Notes: a model not told the origin generated them from the letters alone. A stretch of DNA of 35,292 nucleotides from Halodesulfurarchaeum sp. (GCA_042216015.1 JBDGUI010000004.1:1-35292); one strand, 5' to 3'; positions 16,946 to 27,071 are shown, numbered from the stretch's first letter. Numbers and translations: made by a program.

Positions 16946-18139
16946 TCAGCCCATGGTGGCGTCCTGGCTGGCCGCGCAGTTGTTCGGCCCGAGTTCGATG
17001 CGGAAGGCCTCCTCGGCGTCGATCTCCCGGTGGCCCAGGTTGGCGTCGATGATCGTCTCGTAGTTGGCCGGTCGCGGGGGCATGTTCGAGAGGACGTACT
17101 CCACGAATTCGGTTCGGTCCATCGCGAGTTCGGATAGCCGCTCGCTCAGCGTGCCAAGGGTTGCCGTGTAGGTGCCGTCGGCGCCTGGATTCTCGTTTTC
17201 GGCCCGGTGACCGCCGGCCACAATCACCTCCGAATCGAGCGTGAGGATCTTCTCCTGGAGGCTGTCGTAGAGCGTTCGGGCGGCCTCGGGCGCCCCCTCG
17301 TCTCCGGCCTCCAGATCCGGTCGGGCGACGCTGCCGACGAAGAGGCTGTCGCCGGTCAGGAGCACCGACCCGTCGACGAAGTAGGTCGTCATGCCGGTGG
17401 TGTGCCCCGGCGTGTGGCGGGCCTCGATGGTCAGGTCGCCGACTTCGATCGTCTCGCCGTCCTCGACCCGGAGGAGGTCCGCCTCGATCTCCATCCCTCG
17501 ATCGACGGTCGCCTGCGGGATGACTCCCACCACTCCCGCCTTCGAGAGGCTCCCCACGCCACTCACGTGGTCGGCATGGCAGTGCGTGTCAATGGCGTAC
17601 TCGAGGTCGGCCCCCCGGGCGGCTGCGTGTTCGAGATATCGATCGGTAAACGCCCGGAGTGGGTCGATTACGGCGGCCTCGCCTCCGGACTCGACGAGGT
17701 ACCCGAGACACCCGGTCGAGGGACGGTGGTACTGAACGATCGTCCCCGGACCCACGTAGGCAGTGATTTCGGTTGCGTCGTAGAGACGCGCCCAGGCGTC
17801 CATCCCGCCCCGGAGATTGACGGCCTCCCGGTCGGCGGCTTCGAGCAGACTGGCCACGTACTCGCTCGCGTCGCCCTCCGCACACACCACGACGATCGGA
17901 TCGCCCCCGGGAACCCGCTCGATGGCCGCCTGTTCGTCCTCGAGGAAGGCGTAGTACGGGACGTTTTCCACCTCGACCCCCTCGCCGTCGATGTGCCACG
18001 TTTCGAAGTCGGCCGTGACCCGGACGTCCAGAATCGTTACTTCCTCCCCACCCTCGATTTGACTCCGCAGCTCGGCCGCCTCGATCGATCCAGCCGTCGT
18101 CTCGGGAACCGGCGTGGCTGTCGGGTCGGATTCGTTCAT
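16946..18139 (-). CDS. Rhodanese / metallo-beta-lactamase-fold fusion (persulfide dioxygenase-like)
   Basis: Rhodanese ILDVR...VVCAEGDAS...NLRGGMDAW; MBL DTHCHADH, HTPGHT, LTGDSLF, ARPDL; C-terminal ELGPNNCA. Confidence 0.9.
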   Translation of the reverse strand: MNESDPTATPVPETTAGSIEAAELRSQIEGGEEVTILDVRVTADFETWHIDGEGVEVENVPYYAFLEDEQAAIERVPGGDPIVVVCAEGDASEYVASLLEAADREAVNLRGGMDAWARLYDATEITAYVGPGTIVQYHRPSTGCLGYLVESGGEAAVIDPLRAFTDRYLEHAAARGADLEYAIDTHCHADHVSGVGSLSKAGVVGVIPQATVDRGMEIEADLLRVEDGETIEVGDLTIEARHTPGHTTGMTTYFVDGSVLLTGDSLFVGSVARPDLEAGDEGAPEAARTLYDSLQEKILTLDSEVIVAGGHRAENENPGADGTYTATLGTLSERLSELAMDRTEFVEYVLSNMPPRPANYETIIDANLGHREIDAEEAFRIELGPNNCAASQDATMG

Positions 18140-18219
18140 CACTGGCTCTTCCCATCTTGGCCCTGCATCAGTAAAAGTGTGAGCCAACCCGCAACCATCG
18201 GTCCGTCTCGGCGCCCGCC

Positions 18220-19008
18220 CTACACGTCACGTCGCCGGAACCACTCCGCGCTGGCGATGAGGAGGGCCATCGCGGCCGCCAGCAGGATCAGGGCCCCCGC
18301 GAGGTCGTATTTCCCATCGACGATGATCGCCGCCGGGTCGTAGTATCGGGTCGGACTCAGCGCTCCGACCCACTCGATGTCGGTGTCGTAAGTCACCGTT
18401 TCCAGGGTGAACAGCCCGAAGAGGATCCCGAGCCCGGCCCGCTGTGGAACGTCTGCGCGATCGAAGAATACCGAGAGAAAGAGCCCGATGGCCGCGGCCA
18501 CGAGCAGGTACGGAATCGAGAGCAGGTGCAACGCGACGACGTCGAGAACGGGGAGTGACTCGCCGATCGAGCGGACGGCGAGGAGCACCACGATCGGCAT
18601 GAGGAGATTGATCGCCAGTATCGGGACGAACAGCGAGAGGTACTTCTCGACGACGATTCGAACCCGCGAGACCGGCGTCGCGAGCAGGATATCGATCCGG
18701 CCCGACTCGATGTCCGAGGCGATTAGCCCCCCACCGAGATAGGCCACGTAGAGTCCCAGCATGAGAATCCAGATGAACTGGTAGATCTCGGCGGCCAGAA
18801 AGCCGCCGATCGTGGTGATCGATTCGATGGAGAAGGCCGCCTGCAGGGATTCGGGCATCGACTGGGCGTAGGCCTTGAACGCCTCGCCACTCGCCTCGAT
18901 CGAGGGAAACATCCACACGAGGAGAAAGAGGTACAAACTCACGACTACCAGCAGTGCGGCCGTCCCTCTGGCCCGCTGGCGAGCCTCGTACTTCATGATC
19001 TCTAACAT
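18220..19008 (-). CDS. ABC-2 type exporter permease
   Basis: Six TM segments; IASDIESGRIDILLATPVSRVRIVVEK; GGAGG upstream. Confidence 0.88.
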   Translation of the reverse strand: MLEIMKYEARQRARGTAALLVVVSLYLFLLVWMFPSIEASGEAFKAYAQSMPESLQAAFSIESITTIGGFLAAEIYQFIWILMLGLYVAYLGGGLIASDIESGRIDILLATPVSRVRIVVEKYLSLFVPILAINLLMPIVVLLAVRSIGESLPVLDVVALHLLSIPYLLVAAAIGLFLSVFFDRADVPQRAGLGILFGLFTLETVTYDTDIEWVGALSPTRYYDPAAIIVDGKYDLAGALILLAAAMALLIASAEWFRRRDV

Positions 19009-19097
19009 GGATCCGTCCCTCCGGACCTCCCGTGAAGCCGTGTCTCTCCCTCCGGCGGTCGGGGAATTCTGGGGGCCGCGGTGCCACCTTCAGACAT
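19002..19097 (-). CDS. 31-aa bridging micro-ORF MSEGGTAAPRIPRPPEGETRLHGRSGGTDPC
   Basis: ATG overlaps the ATPase stop (ATGTCTGA) and follows GGAGGAG; its TAG overlaps the permease start (ATGTTAG). Confidence 0.3.
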   Translation of the reverse strand: MSEGGTAAPRIPRPPEGETRLHGRSGGTDPC

Positions 19098-19974
19098 GCT
19101 CCTCCCCGTAGTAGTGCATGAATATCTCCTCCAGCGGCGGTTCCTCGATCTCCATGTCGATGAGCGAATATTCGGAGAGCGTCGAGAGCAGTTCGTTGTA
19201 GTCGCCGGTGAACGTGAACCGGGTGACGGTGCCCACCTGCTCGAACTCGACGACCCCCTCCAGGTCGAAATCATCGGCCGACAGCGGATCCCCGGTGTGG
19301 ATGCGCACGCGCTTGCCGCCCTTCGACAGGAGCGAATCGATGTCCTCGAGGGCGACGAGTTTCCCCTCCCGGATGATCCCGACCCGGTCACAGGCCCGCC
19401 TGACCTCGCCGAGAACGTGCGAGGAGAAAAAGACCGTCGTTCCCGACTCCCGCTCCTCCCTGAGGAAGCGGTTGAGTTGCTCCTGTTTGAGCGGGTCCAG
19501 TCCGCTGGTCGGCTCGTCCATGATGACCAGGTCGGGATCGTGCATGAACGTCTGGATGAGCCCGAGCATCTGTCGGTTGCCGCTCGAATAGGTTCTGATC
19601 TTCCGATCGAGTGGCGGATCGAACAGGTCGGTCATCTCCTCGAGGCGGTCGCCCCCCTTCAGGTTCGCCTGGTGCTCGAGGAAGGATCGTCCGGTGACCG
19701 ACTCGGTGAAGCTCAACTCTCCCGGGAGGTAGCCCACGTTTCGCCGCGCCTCCCGCAGCGCCTCGGCGTCGGAAATGTCAGCCCCCAGCACCTCGGCCGT
19801 CCCGCCGGTCGGCGAGATGAACCCCAGCAACTGCCGGATCGTCGTGGTCTTTCCGGCCCCGTTGGGGCCGAGGTAGCCGAAGATCTCTCCCTCCCTGACG
19901 GCGAACGTGAGGTCGTCGTTCGCGAGGGTGTCCCCGTAGTCCTTGCGCAGCCCGGTGACGTCGATGACGGCCAT
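19090..19974 (-). CDS. ABC transporter ATP-binding protein
   Basis: Walker A GPNGAGKTT, signature YSSGN, Walker B LVIMDEPT, H-loop SSH. Confidence 0.95.
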   Translation of the reverse strand: MAVIDVTGLRKDYGDTLANDDLTFAVREGEIFGYLGPNGAGKTTTIRQLLGFISPTGGTAEVLGADISDAEALREARRNVGYLPGELSFTESVTGRSFLEHQANLKGGDRLEEMTDLFDPPLDRKIRTYSSGNRQMLGLIQTFMHDPDLVIMDEPTSGLDPLKQEQLNRFLREERESGTTVFFSSHVLGEVRRACDRVGIIREGKLVALEDIDSLLSKGGKRVRIHTGDPLSADDFDLEGVVEFEQVGTVTRFTFTGDYNELLSTLSEYSLIDMEIEEPPLEEIFMHYYGEEHV

Positions 19975-19979
19975 GTCGG

Positions 19980-21881
19980 TCACCGGTTGAGCCACCACCA
20001 GCCCGCACCCAGGAGGACGATCACGACGATCGCGAGGCCGGCGATCAGTATCGAGCTTCCCGTGGCCTCACCCCCGCCACCGACGGTTATCGCCACGAGA
20101 TGGGCCCCATCACGGACCGTCAGCTCGGTGCCCACCCTGGCCGAGAGGTTGATGGCGAGCGCGTCGGTCGTCTCGACCCCGTCCTCGGGGGTGGTGACCT
20201 CGAAGGAGACCACCGCCGATTCGCCAGGATCGAGACTCGCCACGTAGGCAGTCGGGGAATTGCTCTTGTAGGGCGGCCGGACGGCCAACCGGGCCCGGAC
20301 ATCCTCGAGGGTCGAGACCCCCTCGTTCGTGATGCGGACCCGGAGCACGTTCGTGCTGTCGACTTCGAAGGTGTTGTTCACCGGTTCGACGGCGAAGAGG
20401 TCCCCGGCGGTGGCCAGGTCGGCCCAGATCGTCGTCGCCTCGCTCCGGATGGCCTCCCCGTCCTCGCCCCGGTACCTGACCTGGGCCTCGAACTCGTGGG
20501 GGACCCGGTCGCCACCGACGCGGACCTCGGCACTCACGGTTGCCGAATCACCCGGCTCGAGCCTCCCGACGGCGGTCGACCCGTCGATGACCCGCGCGTC
20601 CGGCGTCTTCGAGGCGAGTGTGACGACGGCGCCCCTCACCGGCTCGTCACCGGCATTGTGCACCGTCGCCGAGACCACGGCCACCGGCCCCGGGTGGGTC
20701 ACGGAAACGTCGCCGTACTCGAAGGTATCCAGGGCGGCGACGGGAATGCCGACGTCCACGGGCCCGCTCGTGATCTGGATGCCGCTCGGATGTTCGAAGG
20801 AGAGTGCCGCCCGAATCGGCAGCGTCTCCGCGGAGACGGATTCGGCCGCGCCGATCTCCACCTCGACGGTCTTCGTCTCGCCGGCCCCCCACTCGCCGAC
20901 GAACCGGGTGGTCGCCTGACCACCGGCGAGGGTCAGACCCGACCCGGCGGATTCGAGGCGGAGCACGGCGTCCGTGAGCCTCGCCTCCCCCCGATTCTCG
21001 AACGTCAACTCGACGCTCCGGGTCTCACCCGGGGACACGGCCCCCCCGATTTCGACGATCCCGAATCGGGCCCGCTCGGCCGGTGCGACGCCGATCGTCC
21101 GGGTCGGAGCCCGGACCGAGATCCCGTTCTCGTTTCGATAGCTCGGGATCACGGTGAGGTCGTATTCCGTCTGAAGTGCAGCCTGCGAGGCCGTGACGGC
21201 GATGGTCGCCTCGGTCGTTTCGCCCGGCTCGACGGTCCCGACGTACGTCGAGGTCCGTGAACCGCCACCGACGGCCAACGCCGAGTGGGGCGATGAAAGC
21301 GCCACGCTCGCGTTTCTGGCCGGTCGTGAGCCATCGTTGGCCATCGTGAGTGTCACCACGCCGGTCTCTCCGGGGTGGAGATCCACGTCGACGGCCTCGA
21401 TCGCGAAGATGGGTCGCTTCGGGATCACGACGTCTGCCGTCACGGTCTCGGTCTCGCGTTCGTCCCCGTCGAACTCGTAGGTCACGTCGAGCGGGAGGTG
21501 ATAGGTGCCCCCCGGGGCGGTCGCGGGAACCTCGATCCGGAGGTCGACGGCTGCGGATTCGCCGTCGGCGAGGCGCCCGAGCCGGCGCTCGCCGGAGACG
21601 ACCTCGATCGGCGTCGAGCCGCCCCTGGCGGTGACCTTCACGTTCGTCGCCGTCTTGACACGATCGTCCACGTCTTCGGCGTCGTTCGTGAGGGTCACCG
21701 TGAGTGTCTGTGTCTCCCCGGGCCTGAGTTCCGGTTCGGGCACGCTGGTCTCGAATCGGGGATCTTCGGCGGCCGAGGCCGGCGCCACGAACGCGCTCCC
21801 GACCAGCACGAGGACCAGGAACAGGGTGAAGACACGGTGCACCCGGGTGGATGCGGCGGGCGAAACGGGATATCGCGACAT
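19980..21881 (-). CDS. COG1361 S-layer-domain/CARDB-repeat secreted protein with C-terminal membrane anchor
   Basis: Signal peptide ending APASA; repeated Ig-like units (LTNDAE/NDGSRPA/NRGEA/NAGDEP...GxLxPGE); C-terminal TM. Start uncertain. Confidence 0.8.
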   Translation of the reverse strand: MSRYPVSPAASTRVHRVFTLFLVLVLVGSAFVAPASAAEDPRFETSVPEPELRPGETQTLTVTLTNDAEDVDDRVKTATNVKVTARGGSTPIEVVSGERRLGRLADGESAAVDLRIEVPATAPGGTYHLPLDVTYEFDGDERETETVTADVVIPKRPIFAIEAVDVDLHPGETGVVTLTMANDGSRPARNASVALSSPHSALAVGGGSRTSTYVGTVEPGETTEATIAVTASQAALQTEYDLTVIPSYRNENGISVRAPTRTIGVAPAERARFGIVEIGGAVSPGETRSVELTFENRGEARLTDAVLRLESAGSGLTLAGGQATTRFVGEWGAGETKTVEVEIGAAESVSAETLPIRAALSFEHPSGIQITSGPVDVGIPVAALDTFEYGDVSVTHPGPVAVVSATVHNAGDEPVRGAVVTLASKTPDARVIDGSTAVGRLEPGDSATVSAEVRVGGDRVPHEFEAQVRYRGEDGEAIRSEATTIWADLATAGDLFAVEPVNNTFEVDSTNVLRVRITNEGVSTLEDVRARLAVRPPYKSNSPTAYVASLDPGESAVVSFEVTTPEDGVETTDALAINLSARVGTELTVRDGAHLVAITVGGGGEATGSSILIAGLAIVVIVLLGAGWWWLNR

Positions 21882-22052
21882 ACCGTCACTCTCGGGTGGT
21901 GACCTCATAAGCATGGATGACCGTTCGTTCAGCCTCCCGTGGGATGCGCGGGGACACAGGGGGGTGAAATCGGTGAAGCGTTCACCCGGTAAATATTCCA
22001 CTCCGAGTTCGGGTCGCCACCCTTATACCCCTATCCCGTGCTACGGAGGTGC

Positions 22053-22928
22053 ATGCTGACGGTCACGGCTCCGGCGACGAGTGCGAATCTCGGGAGCGGC
22101 TTCGACGTCTTCGGCGTGGCGTTCGACCGCCCCCTCGACGTGGTCCGCGTCGAGCGGGCCGAGGAGACGACCCTCGAGGTCGAGGGCGTCGGGAGCCAGT
22201 ACATTCCGACGGACCCCGAGCGCAACACGGCGGGGGTCGTCGCCGCCGAACTCGGCACGCCGGCCCACATCGTCATCGACAAGGGGGTCAGGCCCGCGTC
22301 GGGGCTGGGCTCCTCCGCGGCCAGCGCCGCCGCTGCGGCTGTCGGCCTCTCGGAACTCTACGGGACGGGCCACACCCGCGAGGAACTCGTCCGGATCGCC
22401 GCCGAGGGCGAGGCGGCCGTCTCCGGGTCCGCCCACGCGGACAACGTCGCCCCGGCGATCCTCGGCGGGTTCACCGTCGTCCGAGAACACGGCGTCGAGT
22501 CCGTCGACGCGTCGGTTCCGCTGGTCGCCTGCCTGCCCGAAACCGTCGTCTCGACCCGGGACGCCCGGCAGGTCCTCCCGGAGCGGGTCGACCTCTCGGA
22601 CGTGACCGAAACGGTCGGGAACGCCGCGACCCTCACGATCGGGATGCACCGCAACGACCCCGACCTGATCGGGGACGGGATGGCCGAGTCGGTGGTCACA
22701 CCGGCCCGTGCAGCCCTGATCGACGGTTACGACGAGGCCGTCGCGGCCGCCGAGGCCGCCGGTGCGACCGGCGTGACGGTGAGCGGGGCCGGCCCCGCAC
22801 TTCTCGCGGTCACCCGCTCGAAAGACCAGCGAGCGGTCGCCGCCGCCATGGTCGACGCCTTCGAGGAGCAGGGAATCGACGCCAGGACGTTCTCGACGAT
22901 GATCGGGGACGGCGCACAGATTCACTGA
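22053..22928 (+). CDS. thrB: Homoserine kinase
   Basis: APATSANLGSGFDVFG, GLGSSAAS, HADNVAPAILGG, SGAGP; SD GGAGGT. Confidence 0.96.
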   Translation: MLTVTAPATSANLGSGFDVFGVAFDRPLDVVRVERAEETTLEVEGVGSQYIPTDPERNTAGVVAAELGTPAHIVIDKGVRPASGLGSSAASAAAAAVGLSELYGTGHTREELVRIAAEGEAAVSGSAHADNVAPAILGGFTVVREHGVESVDASVPLVACLPETVVSTRDARQVLPERVDLSDVTETVGNAATLTIGMHRNDPDLIGDGMAESVVTPARAALIDGYDEAVAAAEAAGATGVTVSGAGPALLAVTRSKDQRAVAAAMVDAFEEQGIDARTFSTMIGDGAQIH

Positions 22929-23377
22929 TCGCGGTCGAGCCCGTGACCGCTTTCCTTCCGGGCGCGGTCCGCCTCGACCACGGAGAGTTTCACCTGATGA
23001 ACCCCCCGCAACGGCCGAAGGCGGGAGAGTAACTCCTCGATCCGTTCCCCCGGCCCGTCGACGGCGATCGACTCGAGACAGAGGTGACTGCTGAGGTGGA
23101 CGTGGTGGACGGCGATGATCGTCTCGGTGAAGTCGTGCTGGAGTTCGGTCATTTCGTCGGTCACGTCGCCGTGTTCGTGCTCGAAGAGGACGACCACCGT
23201 GCCACTGAGCGTCCCGGCGAGTCCCGTCTGGCGATTGAACTCCGTAAGGAACGCCCGAAGAGCGTCCCGCGTCGCTTCCGAGCGGCTGTCGTATTCTCCG
23301 GTCTCGACCACCGAATCGAGTTCGGCAAGCAGACTCGGCGGGAGGGTCACGCTCATCCGGTCGACGTCCTGGCTCAT
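22922..23377 (-). CDS. nikR: Nickel-responsive regulator NikR
   Basis: RHH RMSVTLP...YDSRSEATRDALR; metal site LQH...HVHL...CLE; divergent from an ECF metal transporter. Confidence 0.92.
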   Translation of the reverse strand: MSQDVDRMSVTLPPSLLAELDSVVETGEYDSRSEATRDALRAFLTEFNRQTGLAGTLSGTVVVLFEHEHGDVTDEMTELQHDFTETIIAVHHVHLSSHLCLESIAVDGPGERIEELLSRLRPLRGVHQVKLSVVEADRARKESGHGLDRDQ

Positions 23378-23442
23378 GGGTCTCCCTTCTTGGACGGGCG
23401 AGTTAACCTTTGGTTGCGGATCGGCCCCGGTTCGGATTCCAG

Positions 23443-23468
23443 TAATACGATTATTGGGAAAAGTATTA
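23443..23468. promoter_or_regulatory. Candidate NikR operator
   Basis: Perfect TAATAC-N14-GTATTA inverted repeat between nikR and the M subunit, overlapping the likely TATA box. Confidence 0.75.
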
Positions 23469-23498
23469 TCACTGTGTCGAGCGTCGGTCATGACACTC

Positions 23499-24155
23499 AT
23501 GCACATCCCAGACGGTTTTCTCGACCCGTGGGTCGCGGGCCTCTTCTGGATCGGGTCGGGGATCGCGGTCGGGTTGGCGGTTAGGCGTGCCAGAGGGGAG
23601 CTGGGCGACCACCGGACGCCGCTCCTTGGGGTCGTCGCGGCGGGGATCTTCGCAGCCCAGCTGTTGAACTGGCCGATCCCGGGCGGGACGAGCGCGCACT
23701 TCGTGGGCGGGGCCTTCGCCGGCATCCTGCTCGGTCCCTCGCTGGGAATCCTCGCCATGACCGCCGTCGTGACCATCCAGGCCCTCGTGTTCGGTGACGG
23801 CGGGATCATCGCCCTCGGCGCGAACATCTTCTCGATGGCGGTGGTCGACGTGCTCGTGGGATACGCGCTCTTCCGCGGGCTACGGGGCTTCAACGAAGCG
23901 GGAGCGGCCTTCCTCGCGGGCTGGGGGGCGATTACGGCCTCCGCGTTCGTGGTCGGTGTGGGTGTGGGGCTCTCCTCGGCCTTCGCCTACGAATTAGAGG
24001 TCACGGTCCCGATCATGGTCGGGGGGCACGCGCTGCTCGGGATCGTCGAGGGCGGGATCACGGCCGCAGTGTACGGATACGTCGCGAGTGCCCGGCCGGA
24101 TCTCGTCGTCGGCCGGCTGGAGGAGGACTCGCCCACTCCGGAGGTGAGCGCATGA
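23499..24155 (+). CDS. cbiM: ECF Ni/Co transporter substrate-binding component (CbiM/NikM)
   Basis: MHIPDGFL N-terminus, GGTSAHFVGG, QALVFGDGG, GANIFSM. Confidence 0.93.
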   Translation: MHIPDGFLDPWVAGLFWIGSGIAVGLAVRRARGELGDHRTPLLGVVAAGIFAAQLLNWPIPGGTSAHFVGGAFAGILLGPSLGILAMTAVVTIQALVFGDGGIIALGANIFSMAVVDVLVGYALFRGLRGFNEAGAAFLAGWGAITASAFVVGVGVGLSSAFAYELEVTVPIMVGGHALLGIVEGGITAAVYGYVASARPDLVVGRLEEDSPTPEVSA

Positions 24156-24451
24156 ACGCCGTCTCGACTGACCCCTGGTTTCGACGGGCGGTGGTCGGCG
24201 TGCTCGTGCTGGTCATTCTCACCCCCGTCTTCGGCTGGGCCGCCGGGGTCGTCGGGTACGCCGAACCCCTCGATCACGCCGCCGAGGCGACCGGGGCCAC
24301 CGACGCGGCCACGCAACTCGTGACCGGTCCCCTCCCGGGATACACCGTTCCCGGGCTCGGGTCCCCCGCGGGGACGCTCCTCGCGGCGGTGATCGGAACG
24401 GCCCTCACCTTCGCGGCCGCCGGTGGAATCGGGCGGCTGCTCCAGCGGTGA
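24152..24451 (+). CDS. ECF auxiliary subunit (NikN/PDGLE-like)
   Basis: Two TM segments flanking YAEPLD...PLPGYTVPG; overlaps the M and Q genes. Confidence 0.8.
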   Translation: MNAVSTDPWFRRAVVGVLVLVILTPVFGWAAGVVGYAEPLDHAAEATGATDAATQLVTGPLPGYTVPGLGSPAGTLLAAVIGTALTFAAAGGIGRLLQR

Positions 24452-25260
24452 CTGGCGTCCTGGGACGGTCGGTCGAGTCCATCGCGGGGGTGTTGCGGGA
24501 CGTCTTCGCGGCCGAACGGGTCGCCTCGAGGGACGGCTTTCTCCAGAACCGTGATCCGCGCGTGACCCTCGTCTCGATCACCGGGCTCGCGCTGGCGGTG
24601 ATGTTCACCCGCTCGCTCGCGGTGACGACCCTCTTCGCGGTCCTGACGGTCCTGCTCGCTCACCTCTCGGCGGTGTCACTTTTTCGACTGGGACGGCGAG
24701 CGGCGGTCGTCCCTCTCGCGTCCGCGGTCGTCGTGCTCCCCCAGGCCGTCCTGATTCCGGGAGAGCCGGTCCTGAGTGGCTTCGGCGTGGTCGTGACCGA
24801 CGCCGGGCTCGTATACGTGCTCAGGTTCGGGCTCCGGGTGGGGACGGGGGTCGCGCTATTGTCGCTGCTCGTGCTGACGACGCCGTTTTCTGCCGTCGTT
24901 GCCGCGATGCGGGACCTTCGAGTCCCCGTCACCGTCGTGTGGGTCATCGCCGTCGCCTACCGGTTTCTCTTCCTCTTTTTCGACGAGTTACAGCGACTGG
25001 TCATCGCCCGCAACAGTCGAACGACGGGCCGATCGAGCGTCCGGGGCGGGTGGCGGGACGCAAAGCGCCTCGCCGGCACGTTTCTGTTACGGGCCATCGA
25101 CCGGGGCCAGCGCGTCGGCCAGGGAATGCGGGCCCGGGGTGGCGCCCGGCCCCCGTCGCCGTACAGCAGATCTCGCCACCTCGACCGGGCCGATTACGCG
25201 CTTCTCTCCCTCGCTCTCGTCGCCGTCGTTGGCTCGGGGGTGCTCCAATGGAGTCCGTGA
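24448..25260 (+). CDS. cbiQ: ECF transmembrane T component (CbiQ/NikQ)
   Basis: LQNRDPRV, LTTPF, YRFLFLFFDE, ARNSR, MRARG. Confidence 0.9.
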   Translation: MTGVLGRSVESIAGVLRDVFAAERVASRDGFLQNRDPRVTLVSITGLALAVMFTRSLAVTTLFAVLTVLLAHLSAVSLFRLGRRAAVVPLASAVVVLPQAVLIPGEPVLSGFGVVVTDAGLVYVLRFGLRVGTGVALLSLLVLTTPFSAVVAAMRDLRVPVTVVWVIAVAYRFLFLFFDELQRLVIARNSRTTGRSSVRGGWRDAKRLAGTFLLRAIDRGQRVGQGMRARGGARPPSPYSRSRHLDRADYALLSLALVAVVGSGVLQWSP

Positions 25261-26048
25261 TCGAGGCGACCGGGCTGACTCACGAGTACCCCGACGGAAC
25301 GACATCGATCCGCGACGTCGATCTGACCATCGAGCGGGGCGAACGCGTGGCCGTGGTCGGGGCGAACGGCTCCGGCAAGACGACCCTCCAGTTGACCCTT
25401 GGCGGGCTGCTCGCACCCACCGCGGGCCGGGTGCGATACTTCGAGGAGACCACCGACGCCGAAGCGGTCAGGGAGCGACTCGGGGTGCTCCTCCAGAACC
25501 CCGAGGATTACCTGTTCAACACGACCGTCCGCGAGGACATCGAGTACGGCCCGGCCCAGCTCGGCCAGCCCCGGAAGCCGGCCCGCCGCCGCGTGGAGAC
25601 GCTCGCGGCCGACCTCGGGCTGACTGACCTCCTCGATCGGCCCCCGTTCCGACTCTCCGGCGGCGAGAAACAGCGCGCCGCGATCGCGAGCGTTTTCGCC
25701 TTCGACCCGGACGTGTTGCTCCTCGACGAACCGTTCGGGAGCGTGGACCCCACCTATCGGGGGCACATCCTCTCCTTGATCGGCGATCACGACGGCCCGA
25801 CGGTCGTGTTCACCCCCTCGCTCGAGGCCGTCCCCGCCGTCGCCGACCGGGTCGTTCTCCTCGGTCGGGACGGAACGGTCGAGGCGGACGCCCCGGTGCG
25901 GGAGTTGCTCACGGATCGGGATCGGCTCGTCGAACACGGGCTCAGACCCCCCGCATCCGTCCGGATGTTCGAGGGGCTTCTCGAGGATTCCGAGATCCCG
26001 CTGACGGTCGAGGAAGCGAGGCGGCACCTCCAGGACGAGTGGCTGTGA
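25248..26048 (+). CDS. cbiO: ECF ATPase (CbiO/NikO)
   Basis: GANGSGKTT, LQNPED, LSGGEKQR, LLLDEP. Confidence 0.93.
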   Translation: MESVIEATGLTHEYPDGTTSIRDVDLTIERGERVAVVGANGSGKTTLQLTLGGLLAPTAGRVRYFEETTDAEAVRERLGVLLQNPEDYLFNTTVREDIEYGPAQLGQPRKPARRRVETLAADLGLTDLLDRPPFRLSGGEKQRAAIASVFAFDPDVLLLDEPFGSVDPTYRGHILSLIGDHDGPTVVFTPSLEAVPAVADRVVLLGRDGTVEADAPVRELLTDRDRLVEHGLRPPASVRMFEGLLEDSEIPLTVEEARRHLQDEWL

Positions 26049-26090
26049 TCCGGTCTCCTACCACGAAGAAACACGGCGATGTCGAACGGC

Positions 26091-27071
26091 CTACAACCGG
26101 TCGAGAATCGCGTTCGTGACCGATTCGGTCGTTCCCTCTCCGTCCAGATCGGGGGTCCGCGGACCCGATTCGAGGGTCTCCTCGACGGCCGAGCGAACCC
26201 GACTCGCGGCCTCGGATTCGCCGAGATAGTCGAGCAACATCGCCGCGCTCAGTACCATCGCGCTCGGGTTCGCGATCCCCTCGCCCGCGATGTCCGGGGC
26301 CGACCCGTGGACCGGTTCGAACAGCGCCCGGTCGGGGCCGACGTTCGCGCTCGGGAGCAGGCCCAGTCCGCCGACCAGACCCGCCGCGAGGTCCGAGAGC
26401 ACGTCCCCGGCCAGATTCGGGGTCACGATCACGTCGTACTCCTCTGGGCGGAGGACGAGGTGCATCGCGAGTGCGTCCATGAGCGCCCCCTCGGTCTCGA
26501 TCCCGCGGTGCGCGGCGACCCGGGAGACGGCGTCGCGGAACCGGCCGTCGGTCTCGCGCATCACGTTTGCCTTGTGGGCGATCGTGAACGAGTCGAGGCC
26601 GCGGTCGGTCACGTACTCGCAGGCGTACTCGGCCAGCCGCTCTGAGGCCTCGTCGGTGACGACCCGGGTGAGCGTGCTGAGGTCCGCTGAGAGTCGGTCC
26701 TCGTGGCCCGAGTACACGCCCTCCGTGTTCTCCCGGAGGAAGACGAGGTCGGTATCGGGTTTGACCGCGTCCACGCCGGGATAGGTCCGGGCCGGCCGGA
26801 CGTTGACGAACGAGTCCACGGCCGACCGGAGCGGGAGGATGACGTCCGCGGCGGTCTGGCCAGCCGCGCCGAAGAGCGTCGCGTCGGCGCTTGCCGCCAG
26901 TTCCCTCGTCCCCTCGGGCAGCGGGTCCCGCCCTTCGGCCGCCACGTGGTCGCCAGCTTCGGCTTCCGTGAACGAGAAGTCCACGTCGACGCGTTCGAGC
27001 ACCGACACCGCGGCAGGCATGACCTCGGTCCCGATCCCGTCGCCCGGAATCACGACGACCTCGACGGTCAT
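26091..27071 (-). CDS. leuB: 3-isopropylmalate dehydrogenase
   Basis: [45 protein letters not shown]; last gene of the leu operon. Confidence 0.95.
   Translation of the reverse strand: MTVEVVVIPGDGIGTEVMPAAVSVLERVDVDFSFTEAEAGDHVAAEGRDPLPEGTRELAASADATLFGAAGQTAADVILPLRSAVDSFVNVRPARTYPGVDAVKPDTDLVFLRENTEGVYSGHEDRLSADLSTLTRVVTDEASERLAEYACEYVTDRGLDSFTIAHKANVMRETDGRFRDAVSRVAAHRGIETEGALMDALAMHLVLRPEEYDVIVTPNLAGDVLSDLAAGLVGGLGLLPSANVGPDRALFEPVHGSAPDIAGEGIANPSAMVLSAAMLLDYLGESEAASRVRSAVEETLESGPRTPDLDGEGTTESVTNAILDRL

Noticed and set aside
22922..22928. 7-bp convergent overlap of thrB and nikR
   Set aside because: Common in compact genomes; no further signal.
22922..23893. 323-aa version of NikR and 346-aa version of CbiM
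   Set aside because: The extensions are antisense readings of the divergent gene; family N-termini place the starts at 23377 and 23499.
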